A DNA stretch of 64,000 bases, taken from NCBI GenBank assembly GCA_964199315.1, contig OZ116706.1:28086001-28150000 (forward strand). The letters run 5' to 3'. This DNA comes from Orbicella franksi (taxonomy: Eukaryota). Numbering within the stretch: the first letter of the stretch is position 1; every line of letters begins with the position of its first letter. The notes under the pieces were generated by a model that saw nothing but the letters and a program-made list of their open reading frames with translations, did no database searches and had not been told where the DNA came from. A program made the position numbers and the translations under genes. Below, in pieces: positions 24,801 through 36,300 of the stretch.

Positions 24801-27721
24801 TTACATTGCTGTTGGTCAGCGCTTCAGGAAGGTCTTTCTCTCGAAGTTTGTTCAGCAGCTGCTGTGCGGATTCGTCTACCGATGAAGGATTTCCCCACGT
24901 TTTGTCGATAAATTTCCCAGTATTGGAGTCTGCTATGTTATCATTGATGTCTGTGATGACCCTTTTGAACCAGAAACAGTGTTTGTCTTGTTCGTTTGCC
25001 TTGATGATACCTCTACGGATTTCATCTTCTGTCACTAAATAAAAAAAAAAAAAAAATTTTAGCACACTTGTAAAATTAAAAGTGGTGATCACAATCCATT
25101 CAAAAAAGCCAAGCTGAAATAAAGAGCTGCTTTAACAGCGTAATCTCCTTTTCTGTTTTCGACCATTACTAGGTTCAATGGCCTATTGTAATCTACTTAG
25201 CTGTACTGTTCTTTTGCCTCTACTGGTTAAAGGTCTATACAAATGAATATCATATTTTACAATAAGGCTTTGACCAAGGGAGGTGCCGCTAGATCGGATC
25301 CTATTATTTTTGGGCAATTTGCCAATTTAATATCCTGAAACTGGGTTAGGTGAACGTGTCACAGAAGAAATGGACTTTTATACTATTCAACAGTAATAAA
25401 TGGGGCTGAAAGTCATTTCCTGTCTATGTAAACTAAAGAAAGCAAAAGTTACTTACTGAGAACATTCTGCTAATGATGCAAATAAAATGGGAACCAACTA
25501 GATCTCCGAGTGAGTTTTATTTTATCCGAGGACACTTCGAAGTAGTCATGATATTTTTCATCACGGCATGGAAAAAGTACTCTGTACAAACACTTACCTG
25601 ACATGTAGTACTTATGCCGTTCACTTTGCTTGTCCAAAGCCTTGTTAGCGGCCATCCGCAAAACGACCTGCATTCTCTCAAACGCAGTCCACCAATCAGC
25701 AGAAGCCTTCTTACGTAACTCTTCGTTCGCGTAATCACGATAATGGGGTAGCAGTGATGTGATTGGTTGTAACAGATATTGGGCGGGAACTGAGTTATCG
25801 TCCCTCCAGAACCAATGTTTCAGTAGCTGGAGATCGTCTGTGTTGTCAACCGCTCCAAGGAGCTTCTCAAACTCAGAGGCATCGATCTTCACAGGAAAAG
25901 GACGGTAGCCATATTTTTGCCCCAGGAAAGTCTGAAAGTGTAATGAAGACTTGAGTAATCTCAAAACATAGTAAAGATGCTTCGATTATCAAGTTGAACT
26001 CACAATGAAGTTGGGTCCAGTTGACAACTTCTGACATGCGCGGAGCTCCCTCATGCATAGCTCAGTAGTCATGTGATCATCAGTGGACTCGTCTCGGACT
26101 CCCCATCTCATGTCGACCACTTGAAAATCATAGCCTCTCTCTTGACAGTAGGACTTGAGCCGGGGGTACACTCTCTCCATCAATGTGTTACGCTCCACAG
26201 AAGTATCTGCGAAATTTACCATACTCATGTCAGTTCCTTTCTCGTGTGAGCAACTGAACGAATTACACTAATGAACATCTGAATTCAGTTATGAACAAGG
26301 CAGAGAGGGCGAATGATAAGAGAGTTAATTCCTCCCATAGATCGTGTTTCAAGGTATTTTTAGTCACGGTACCCAGTTCTCCCACGGACAATGTTTCCTC
26401 CGCGTGTCACGATTGGCTATTTCTAGACCACCTCGGATTTCCAAAGTGGGAATGATCTATTAATAACTCTAGAGGGATTACCTTAGAGGAATAAGACCTA
26501 TATGGGGGACTTCCCCTTTATAATTTACCTGTAAATGTAGAACTGGTAAATATTCTAACAATCTTGGCTTTTTCTGGGTAATGAAAATCCATGTCACCGG
26601 TCAAAGCTTTCTTCACCTTCTCTTCGTAGCTCAAGTTATCTTCAGTCTCATCCAATACAACCTCTTGAACAATTTCCTTTTCTTGTTCTTGTTCTTGTTC
26701 CTCTTCTTTTGATGACTCGCTCTTTCTGCTGCTCGCTGAAGAACTTCTTTTGCTCTGGTTATCTTCCTTGCTGTCATGATCGCTTTCTTCCTTCTCAGAA
26801 TCGCTTTTGTTGTCTTCTTCCACGTGGGAACTCTTCTCTGATTCTGATTCATGGCCCTCGTCTCTGTCAGACGAATTGTCATCATTGTCTTCGTGATCTT
26901 CCCGGTCACTCTGCCGAGGATTCTCGTTCTCTTGAACTTGATTGTCTTGGTGAAGAGTCTGAAAATAAGAACAACCACCCAATGGTGAGTTTTCAACTGA
27001 CTTTTAAAAGCATATATGCTTACATATACGCTTCTGCTTAAACTCATTAATGATTCATAAACTTTAAAGAAAGGAGATCACGACCGCGACGGTGTTTGAA
27101 AATCTGATCTTATTTAGCATATATTTTACGATTTTATTGCTCCCTTTTCTCCTTAGTTTTAGTTTCAATTCAGAAGACATATCAAGCACCCAAGACATTG
27201 TTTAACCACATTTCTAGACACAAGTACGTCAAAAATACTCCGCTGCGCGTCGTATTTTCAACTCTCCACTCAGTGTTTGGAAATGTGGATAAACACGGTC
27301 TTTCGTGCTCGATACGTGACAGCAGCCAGTGTTCCAAGCAATGAAATTCCTGTTCATTAGTATAGGTAATCGTACGGTTTTTCTCGTTCAATTTGGAATT
27401 AATTTGCACGAGTGAGCTTTGTGAAAAACTCACAAGTGCAAATTAATTCCAAACTGAACGAGAAAAACCATATGATTACCTATTGATATATAAACATGAA
27501 AAAATTCGCGCGGAGGAATTGCCGGAAGATCTTTCTTGAAGCCATTTTTTTTTCATTCGAGAAAACTTTTTTTCAAAGTTTCCGCACAAAAGTTTCGTTA
27601 TCATTTTACGTACGTGATATCATTGGCTTAGCAAATTTCCTATTGTATTTCAGCCAATCATAATCCAGAATTACGATGTGTAATTTGTACTGGTGTTACA
27701 ATTTTTGGCACTAGTGTTACA

Positions 27722-27754
<33 letters not shown>

Positions 27755-28788
27755 GAGTAATTTTTCATGTATAGTATTAGTCCTATGTAAAAACTATACC
27801 GATGCATGTTTGGGAACACCAGCATTTTTACTCTTTTGTATAGTATTTTTTAAGTTATTATCTTCTTAAGTCTTCGGTATCTTTAAGGTAGTCCGTTACA
27901 TAACCCTTATTGACTTCCCTGAGCTTCTTGTCTTAAACATTAATATTTTGAAAATATTAAAAAAACAAACAAACAATATAGCCGCCTTTTAAAAATCTCT
28001 TTTAATGGGCATCTTCGAATTTCTTTATTTTGCCTTTGTATCAAAACTATATTGATGATGCAAAACCTTTCAAACAAATATGCGTTTACTAAACGTGAAA
28101 ATAAGCATGAGTAGCACACATGTTCACACGAATGAGTTTGCTCTCGTTTGTATCAAGATGTACTTTGAATCAGACGAAAACACCATGTTGACCACTGCCA
28201 ATGATCGTTTTTGTAAAATCTCTACAGGAAATAGTTTTTATTCCGGGCGTCGGGCATGCAGTTAATTTGTTCCTTATCTGCGATGGAGCCTTGTGCAGTG
28301 ATCTAGGTAAGGCCTGGTTTTCACTAGACACTACAAGCTACAAGCTAAAGCACTACAAGCTACAAGCTGAAGCTTAAGCATAACAGTAGTGAGGACTCCC
28401 ACAACACAAGCATAAGCGCAAGCACAGGCAGAATAAAACTTTTTGTTCTTCTTCTGTTTGTGCTGCGTGATGCTTGTGTCAAATGAGAAGGCGCCGCTGT
28501 AAGCATTAGCATAAGCATCGTCCTTCATTTTCATTTTTTTCATGATACCTAGGAGGTATGGAACCGGAAGTGAGGCAATCATCCATTTTAAGCATGCGTA
28601 CGTTTATGCTTTTGCTGATGCTTATGCTTGCGTCGTAGGGAAAACCAGGCTTGAAGGACTGACTGAGGGTAGGAGAAATCTGGAGATGATGACAGTCAGT
28701 CATTTCACACGGCTAAAATGACCCATTACGGTATTACCTGGAGACTCTGTCGTTTTTGTTTTTTATTCCTGGAGAGGATCACACCCAT
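18850..28788 (-). CDS. NWD1-like: NACHT and WD40 domain protein, paralogue A (~1759 aa): MGxxxS/polybasic N-terminus, acidic linker, DUF4062-like domain, NACHT, helical domains, WD40 propellers, acidic tail
   Basis: Nine exons with consistent phase: 28738-28788 (MGVILSRNKKQKRQSLQ), 26529-26958, 26004-26206, 25598-25931, 24310-25034 (Walker A GESGCGKT), 23294-23509 (Walker B VVLVLDSLDQL), 21435-23132, 20106-20930, 18850-19647. Total 5280 nt, open frame. DUF4062-type motifs IFTSSTFT, VVDMRWG and TTELCMRE are present. Confidence 0.9.
23690..23815 (+). mobile_element. tRNA-derived SINE fragment (intronic)
   Basis: A-box-like tagctcggtagttagagc and B-box-like gggttggaatccc, followed by non-tRNA sequence; the acceptor stem is not intact. 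Confidence 0.55.
27181..27781. repeat. Unclassified interspersed repeat with an internal hairpin
   Basis: Internal inverted repeat taggtaatcgtacggtttttctcgttcaatttggaattaatttgcac ... gtgcaaattaattccaaactgaacgagaaaaaccatatgattaccta at ~27361-27482; outer boundaries are approximate. Confidence 0.4.
28311..28651. mobile_element. PIF/Harbinger-type MITE in the first coding intron of paralogue A
   Basis: taa|ggcctggttttcac ... gggaaaaccaggct|tga, with internal aagcata/tatgctt subrepeats. Confidence 0.6.
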
Positions 28789-30903
28789 TGCTACCACCAG
28801 CTAAACATCAATCAAGTAATCTGCAAAAAAAAAAACCGTCTTTGAGGGTGAGAATTTTATTTCATTAATCATGTAAGAGGTTTTGAAAGATTACCTTCAA
28901 GTAATTTATTAATATTAAGTCATATCTGAATCACAAGTACACGGAAATTTAACATTAATGTTTCATGTTTCCTGGGTACAGGAAACAAACTTTTTCAAAC
29001 TTGTTAGCCCACTTCGATCCTTCCATTCGATCCTTGCACATTCCTCTTTCGATGTAACAGATAAATAAAATTAGACACTTTTACAAGAAACGTGGTCAAG
29101 AAACATGATCCGATGGAAAATTCAGGCCAACTACCAGTAAGTCAAGCAAGCGGGGGCCGCGTCCTCGCACTTTCTATTGCAAACGAAGGAAGTTATCCGT
29201 GGCTATCATTATGGCCGATAGACGAAAACGCATCTGATTTTTTTGCCATTACTTCACAGTTTAAGCAATGTGAATACACAGGGCACCTGCTGCAATGCGA
29301 TCGATGAAACAATTAAATATCGAAAATCACCGGTTCATTCCCATTGTACTAAGGTCTTGGCAAAATCTGTTTCCTTCGATTCAAAGCCTTTCTACAGCGG
29401 ATATCCAAAAGACGTTTTACTTAAAATGCACTACAAATATGTCATTTGCATCAATACCTCTGAAGCGGAAATCTTTAAATAAAAGCAGGTTATGATAATT
29501 ATGTTTCTCATGGTTACTATTTAACACGAAAATAAACACAAAACTCACCGAATACATGAAACATTAGTAAATGGGTCTGACAAATTACGTCTAAGGTTTC
29601 TTTCTTTCGATTTTATCAGTGAGAAATCAAGAGTTGCTAGAAGGCTTAATGTAAAATACTTAAGAACTAAACTCTCAACTCCTTCCTTACGCGAATAGCG
29701 TTCGTGACAATCTCGAATATTCAGAACACACATTTACCCCAAGAGCGAGCTCTTTCGAAAATGAATACTAATTCAAAAAATATGCTTCACTGTGTAAAGA
29801 TCGTTTTAGCTCAGTCTGTTTAGACGTTATAAGTGGATGTTTATAGATGTAAGAGGGTGTTTTACATAAAGAAGTAGCATCAAAATCCTCGCTTGATTCG
29901 TCATGAAGGTTGTGTTTGAGGCGGTAGCTCAGCTCATTCGAAGAACAAACTAATCAATGTCCATATGGTGTGGTGATAATCGCAAAAATGCTTTTATTTC
30001 AGGTGACATTGGCAAGGTTATAAACCTACCTTGTGTTTTGCCCTTGGTCCTTCGAACTGGAGCTCAAAGCATCTCTCGATTCTGTGTAGTTTCTCACGCG
30101 TTACAACTGCACCTGACAAATGATAAAACTGAAACTGCACTGTAATATTGAAATTCATAAAAAGAAACCACTTTAAAGTCATTTAAATAAAGACATTTGT
30201 CACGAAAGACTTAGATGATGGAAGCGTCACGGTTGTTAAGAAACAGACCTGTTAAAACCTTTGAAATCTCAAGAAAAATACGATACTTTTTTGTACGCCT
30301 TGTCATTATATTTCTGCCTTGGCGTGTTAGAAATTTAGCTGCCGCAGGAAAGCTTTGGGTTAAAAATAGCGATATTTTTACTGGTAGTTCAAAACAGACT
30401 GCAACAGATAAGTCAGTGGGCGGTTTCGGCTGAAGTCACTATAATGAACACGCGTTGTTTCACTTGACTATTTAAGGTGGGACTATTTTAGCTTTGTACA
30501 GGCGGTAGAATATTACAAAAAATAGCCGCATCAGTTTACAAATAACACCAAATCTCTGCGTTATATGTTAGGGATGTTTTGATCTACTCGCCATAACAAT
30601 TGCGCTTCGGCGTGGATTCATTTCTAATAACAGGAACAAATAATTTTGTAACGCTTGATCGAGTTATTTCTTTAGAATTGTCGAGTACAACACCCACGTT
30701 TGTCATTGTGGATCTTTCGCCACAAAATGAAAGCTTTCAAGGAATGCGGAATGCTAAGACCAACGCCTCCAGTATTTGTTTTCCCGTCTCCCAGTTCTTT
30801 TTTATTCAGAACAGCAATTAAAAAGAACGAAATTGCTCTTTCCAGCTGTTAATAAATCAGCTTAAGTTTTCCGCAATTGAAAGAAAACTCAAATTTACAT
30901 CAA

Positions 30904-31066
<163 letters not shown>

Positions 31067-31678
31067 GATTATCACTGCCGGCTATTTCAGGCCAAGACTG
31101 AAATAAGACCGGTGAGTACAACCCTCAATCGACTATTTGGTGAGGCCCTCCCTGCAAGGGGTTCCTTCTCCAGGTTGAAGGCTTCTAAAAGAATAGGGAT
31201 TCACGAGTTCAAGTATATTAGGGGTAGGGGGAGACTTCATTCTGATATTTGAAAAGTCCGTTCAAAATGAACAAAAGCACCTGTCCGATTATTTTAAGAA
31301 GTTGCCCAATTCAAGAGTATAGAAAATGTGTGTAAGCATCCACCTAGGTATGCGAAAGGCTACCATTTCCTATGGGAAGTATATCAAAGGAGGGCATTTT
31401 CTGTTAAAAATGACACATATAAGGGGACGGTTTTGCATCTCTGGTTGAAACTCCCTCTGAGTATGGAACTTTGTTACGTACGTCTCTTGAGAAGTACGCG
31501 AATACAACCATACCAGATAGCGTGTCTGTTACTAGAGCCAATAAAATACCCTAATATAATATCTCTAATATGCTGTCCTCACTCCTTCTTCTGAGAACAG
31601 CAAATGCCAAATTTCTACGCTAAAATTATTTTTGGTAGCCATATGGAATACGCCTGTATCTCAGTGGAGTCAATGTGC

Positions 31679-31986
31679 TTCGAACGAGTTGTTACAGTCA
31701 AACTAAGTGAAGCGTACCCCTCAAGATTACATTAATGAATTGATTATTTGATTATTGAACCCACTAGTCGTTCCAAGAATACGGCTAATGGGTTTAATGT
31801 TCAAAAAAAAATCAATTTAATATTGATTTTGGAAATGACTAGCGAGTTCAATATTCAAATAATCAATTCATTATTGCATTCTTGAAACGATTAGCGGGTT
31901 CAATATTCAAATAATCAATTCATTTAATGTGTAAACTTGAAGGGTACGCTTGACTTGGTTTGACTCTAATAGCACGCTCATACGAA
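31679..31986. mobile_element. Inverted-repeat element (MITE-like), arms ~90 bp
   Basis: The left arm gtcaaactaagtgaagcgtacccctcaagattacattaatgaattgattatttga matches the inverse of the right arm ending ...gggtacgcttgacttggtttgac. Confidence 0.55.
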
Positions 31987-33301
31987 CGTCTGAAGTAATG
32001 ATAGATTTATACCACGTTCACACCAAAAAGTTAAACAAATTTAAAAGTGTTTTAAAAGGTTAAAACTCAGTTGTTCATACCATGCGCACCCCACGACTAA
32101 ACAAAGTAGTAACTTGTTTGATTAAACCTTCTTGGTAAGGTTGTTTGAAATTTGTTCTCCCAAGAAGGCTTGAAAGCGCAATCGACAAATTGGAAAACCT
32201 TAAGCTAGTTTAGATGGCGTGGTAGAAAAAGTCAAAATGACTTTTCTCACTCGCCAGGGACAGGTTAACCAAGGGCAAAAAGGCACTTTTTGCACGGTGC
32301 ATATGGTCTTGCGTAGGAATGTTACAAAAATCTCAATGTACATGTTTCCCTGAACCAAATTGAGATTGGGTTTTACCCAAAACAAAACAATGTCTAGTTG
32401 CAATCAAAAGACCCACGACTTCTCAGAAATGACTCAAAGCAAAAAGGCGCGGAGTCCCTGTGTTCGATTTTCCACTCTTCTAGCTGTAAGTTTCCAGGCG
32501 CCCGGAGATTCGACTTTCGTACAGACACACCTATGAAAACTGATTTGAAAACAATTCAGCCCATCCAGTTGCAGGTCAGTTTAAACTTCACCACCACTGA
32601 GGTTTCTAACAAATATGTTATGGTCACAGACTGCAAATATTTCAGAAAACATGTTTGCGGAAATTATCTCAATTCTTGAAAAGTCTAAGAACAATCTCAA
32701 AGAGATAGATCAAACTGTATGTTTATTTTTGGTGCGTTTTTTGCCATTCTGTCACGTGCAGACCAGTAGAAAACTGGTAATAGCCACTGAAGGCAAAGAA
32801 AAGTTCATACAGATTTAAAGATCATATTTTCTTTAAAATGTACAAATTAGTAAAGGTAAAAGCAAGGCAAACAGCTTATAAGTATGGGCGCCCAAAACTA
32901 GTTTCTTCTCACCATCGCCGTTTGCCTTATACGTGTTTTGAACTGATTGAGCAATACGAGTAATAGTAAAAACCAAAAAAACTATCTACTGTCGGAAAAC
33001 GACATAACAAATGCTTACTAGAAAAACACTAAGTAAACATTGGTCCAGTTTGTTTAGTTAGTTAGTTCTTATCACTGGTAATAGGCAATTTTTAAATTTA
33101 ACTGTAAAAGTAGTGTCAAAGCTTTAGTCTCTAATAGTAAGACAGTGTCACGATTCTAGCTTTCACGAACTAACAGTATTTCAAAGCTGCTTAGTTACTA
33201 ACTAGATTCGGATCCTTAGCAGATTCATGATCAATGCCTCGTTAATATTGTAGCGTTCTATGCTTTTGCGTTATTTCCACTGAAATGTACATTGCGCATG
33301 T

Positions 33302-36300
33302 CTAAGCTATATGACTATCATCATCATCTTTGTCAGTATCCATGTTATCATCAACCAGTTTCTCTGGGGAGTCCTCTACAACTGCTTCGATGGCCAAACC
33401 ATCGTATGGAGACTTTAAATCTTCTTCAAGAACCTTGTGTTTCTTTCCAGGACGGTGTAAATGCAAAATCATCAGGTTTGGGTTTTCTCCCAACCCCAGA
33501 GCGAGCTTGTCTCCAATAGCTTTCACGTGATTTGGGTAACCATCTGTCATGAAAGAGGCCAATTTCTTCCCTGTCTTTGTCTCCCACGCGTCAAAGCTTT
33601 TCTGGTCCTCGGATCTGGAAATGATCACCTCTCCATCTTGCGAGAGATAAAGCTCAGATACGGGTGGAGAAGAGATGGTAAGCAGAACCTGTCGACTTTC
33701 GATGCTCCAGATTTTGATGCTCTCGTCGCCTGTTCCAGTTATAGCTATCATTGAAGCTCCAGAGACTGCAACCGTGCTGGCTATTTCGTACGCGTCTGGG
33801 TCGAATAGCTTCCGTATGAGCTGGCCAGTATGTAGATCCCAAAGAAGAGGCTGCGAATATTGAACTAAATTCACAAGATATTTGCCATCGTCGGATATTC
33901 GTGCATTGAACAGGGTCAACTGCTCGCCTTCGTACTTCAAAATCTTATGGCTGAAGCTGGTTGTGTCGATGGCAACCAAATGCAGTTCTTTGTCCTTGTG
34001 CTGGGTCATTTGGCTTGCCTGTGAACACAAGGCCATTTTACCGTTACTGCTAATTAGCATCTCTTCAAATCGGCGCTTTTCTTTGAACTTCACCACGTTC
34101 ACTACTTTTCCGCTGTCAACATCCCACACTTTGACAAATCGTCTCCCTCTTGAAAATGAAATCATGTGCTTCTGATCGATGAATCCGAAAGCATTCATCC
34201 GTTTGCATGCCTTTCCTTCCAAATTCCTCTCGATCCTTCCCTCAGCAAAGTTGAAGACTTTGTAGTGTGGAAAGTTCTGGTCGAAGATGAAGCCGACACC
34301 ACGGGTGGAGGTGCACATGCGAATGGGATTGGGGAACATCATCATGTTCATCAGTCGACGCACTCGTTTACCACTCAGTGCATCCCATACATGGATCTCG
34401 TTTCTAAGCTGAATAACAGCTATGGAGAGAACGTGGCGCTGATCAAAACTAGGCGAGATAGCTGTTATTTGATCTGCTATCGAGTTGCCCTGAATCTCGG
34501 TTACCACGATGTCCTTCTGATTTTCATCTTCATCTTCTCGACGTTTGTCGTAGACTCGAAGGATGTTGTCTTGCCCGATTGCCAAGATGTTGACACCATC
34601 GCGTGTATAGAGACGTAATCGAAAAATTGGACTCCTAAGGCACCTCTCGATTTGTCTGGTCTCCAGATTCAAAATGCAGATTTCAAACATATCGGCAGTC
34701 ACAACCTTCGTGCCGTCATCAGTAATCTGCATTCGATGAAGACCTTGCTGCATCTTGAAATTGGTCAGTTCACGAATTAGACTACCAGAAAGATCGTACA
34801 ATCGCAGATTATCAAATGAAGATGGGATCACAGCCACTTGGTCTAAGGAGGTTATTTTGATTTCCTTGATAAAGACTTTTTGACCATCCTTGCTTTTGGG
34901 ATAGGAAATGGTAATCTTCCTAACTTCTTTCCCAATTCTCACATCGATAAAGTGCACCGTGCTTTTCCCTCTCAGATTGTAAACAGCGTGGCTTCCACGT
35001 GCATCCAGCGTACCAAGTTCGTCTTCGGTGTTTACATCTTTCAGTTGTAATTTGTGAAGCGGTTTACCATTCTCTACTTGCCAGACCTTCAATGCGTCAG
35101 GACAGATAGCAACCAGTTTGCTTTCATCGTCAGCAAACGACACTGGGGCTTGGGGGTTATATGAAAACCATTCATCATCGGATACTTGGAACTCTTGAAT
35201 TATTTGCCCAGTCAGTGTGTTGAGCAGGAAAATCTTGGGCGATCCAGCGAGCAACAGCAAATCAGTACTCTTCTGACTTATCTGGTTGAAATTTACACAG
35301 TACATATCGACCGGTTCTGTGATGGTAAACTTTCGCACTTCTCTTCCAGTGACATAATCAATGATTCTGATGACCAATCCTTCCGAGGTCTGACTTGATA
35401 CTGCAATAGTGCGATTGTCTTTAGCAATGCTTACCACGTCACTACCTAACTGGGTCAAGCCAATTGCAGAACGTAAAGCTCCACCAGGTGCTGTCAGACA
35501 TTTTCTGTTTGGAAGAAAACAAGGGGTGGAGGAATTTAATGCCTGCCTCAAAACGTTGTGAACGTCCGGATACTGTTCTTGTCGCTGCAGAAAGTTGTAC
35601 ATTCGGCCAATCAGCTGAGTGGGAAGTTGCCTGCTGTCCTTGGAAAGCGAATGAGCGGAGAGTTGCAAACATTCGTTGAGGAGTTCCACATCGCCATCGT
35701 TTGGTTTTACCTCGAGATAAGATGAAAAGTCACCCATAAGCAATTGTAAAGATGTTCCTTGGAGTTTCGCCGAAAGAAACTCGAAGTTGCAAAGACATTC
35801 TTCTCTCATCATATCAAATTTTCCGGAATGTAACAAGTGAAATGGCAGTTCGCTCAACTTGCGAAGGTTGTAAATCACTTTGTCTTTACGCGAGTCGAAC
35901 ATCAACGGTTGCTTTGGTACCAACCTGTCCATGGACATCTCCTTTCCTTCTTTATTAACAAATGGCTTCTTCACTCCCCCAGACCACTTGCCAAGAAAGT
36001 ACTCACTCATGTTCGTGTGAATCTTCATGGACTGCTCTTCGCTCAGGTATCGCTCCCGTGCGGCCTCGATGAACTGACGATGATACCAGAATACCACTTG
36101 GGTGCCATCTGCCCCTCGCTCGATCAAGTAGTCTCCGATATCAGACCGAATGCGAATCCACAGCAAGGGTGGAAGTCTTCTGACTGGCGGTGTCCAGTAC
36201 TGGTAGACGTCATTCAGGACGTCGTCGTCTAATGAAAGGAGATCTTCTAACTCGGGCTCTGTCAAACCATTCTTAGATGCAGTAACGTACGCCAATGCGT

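Noticed and set aside
33302-35450. HET-E-like, internally near-identical WD40 repeats under concerted evolution
   Set aside because: WD repeats within each gene are highly diverged from one another; no tandem DNA-level repeat units are visible.
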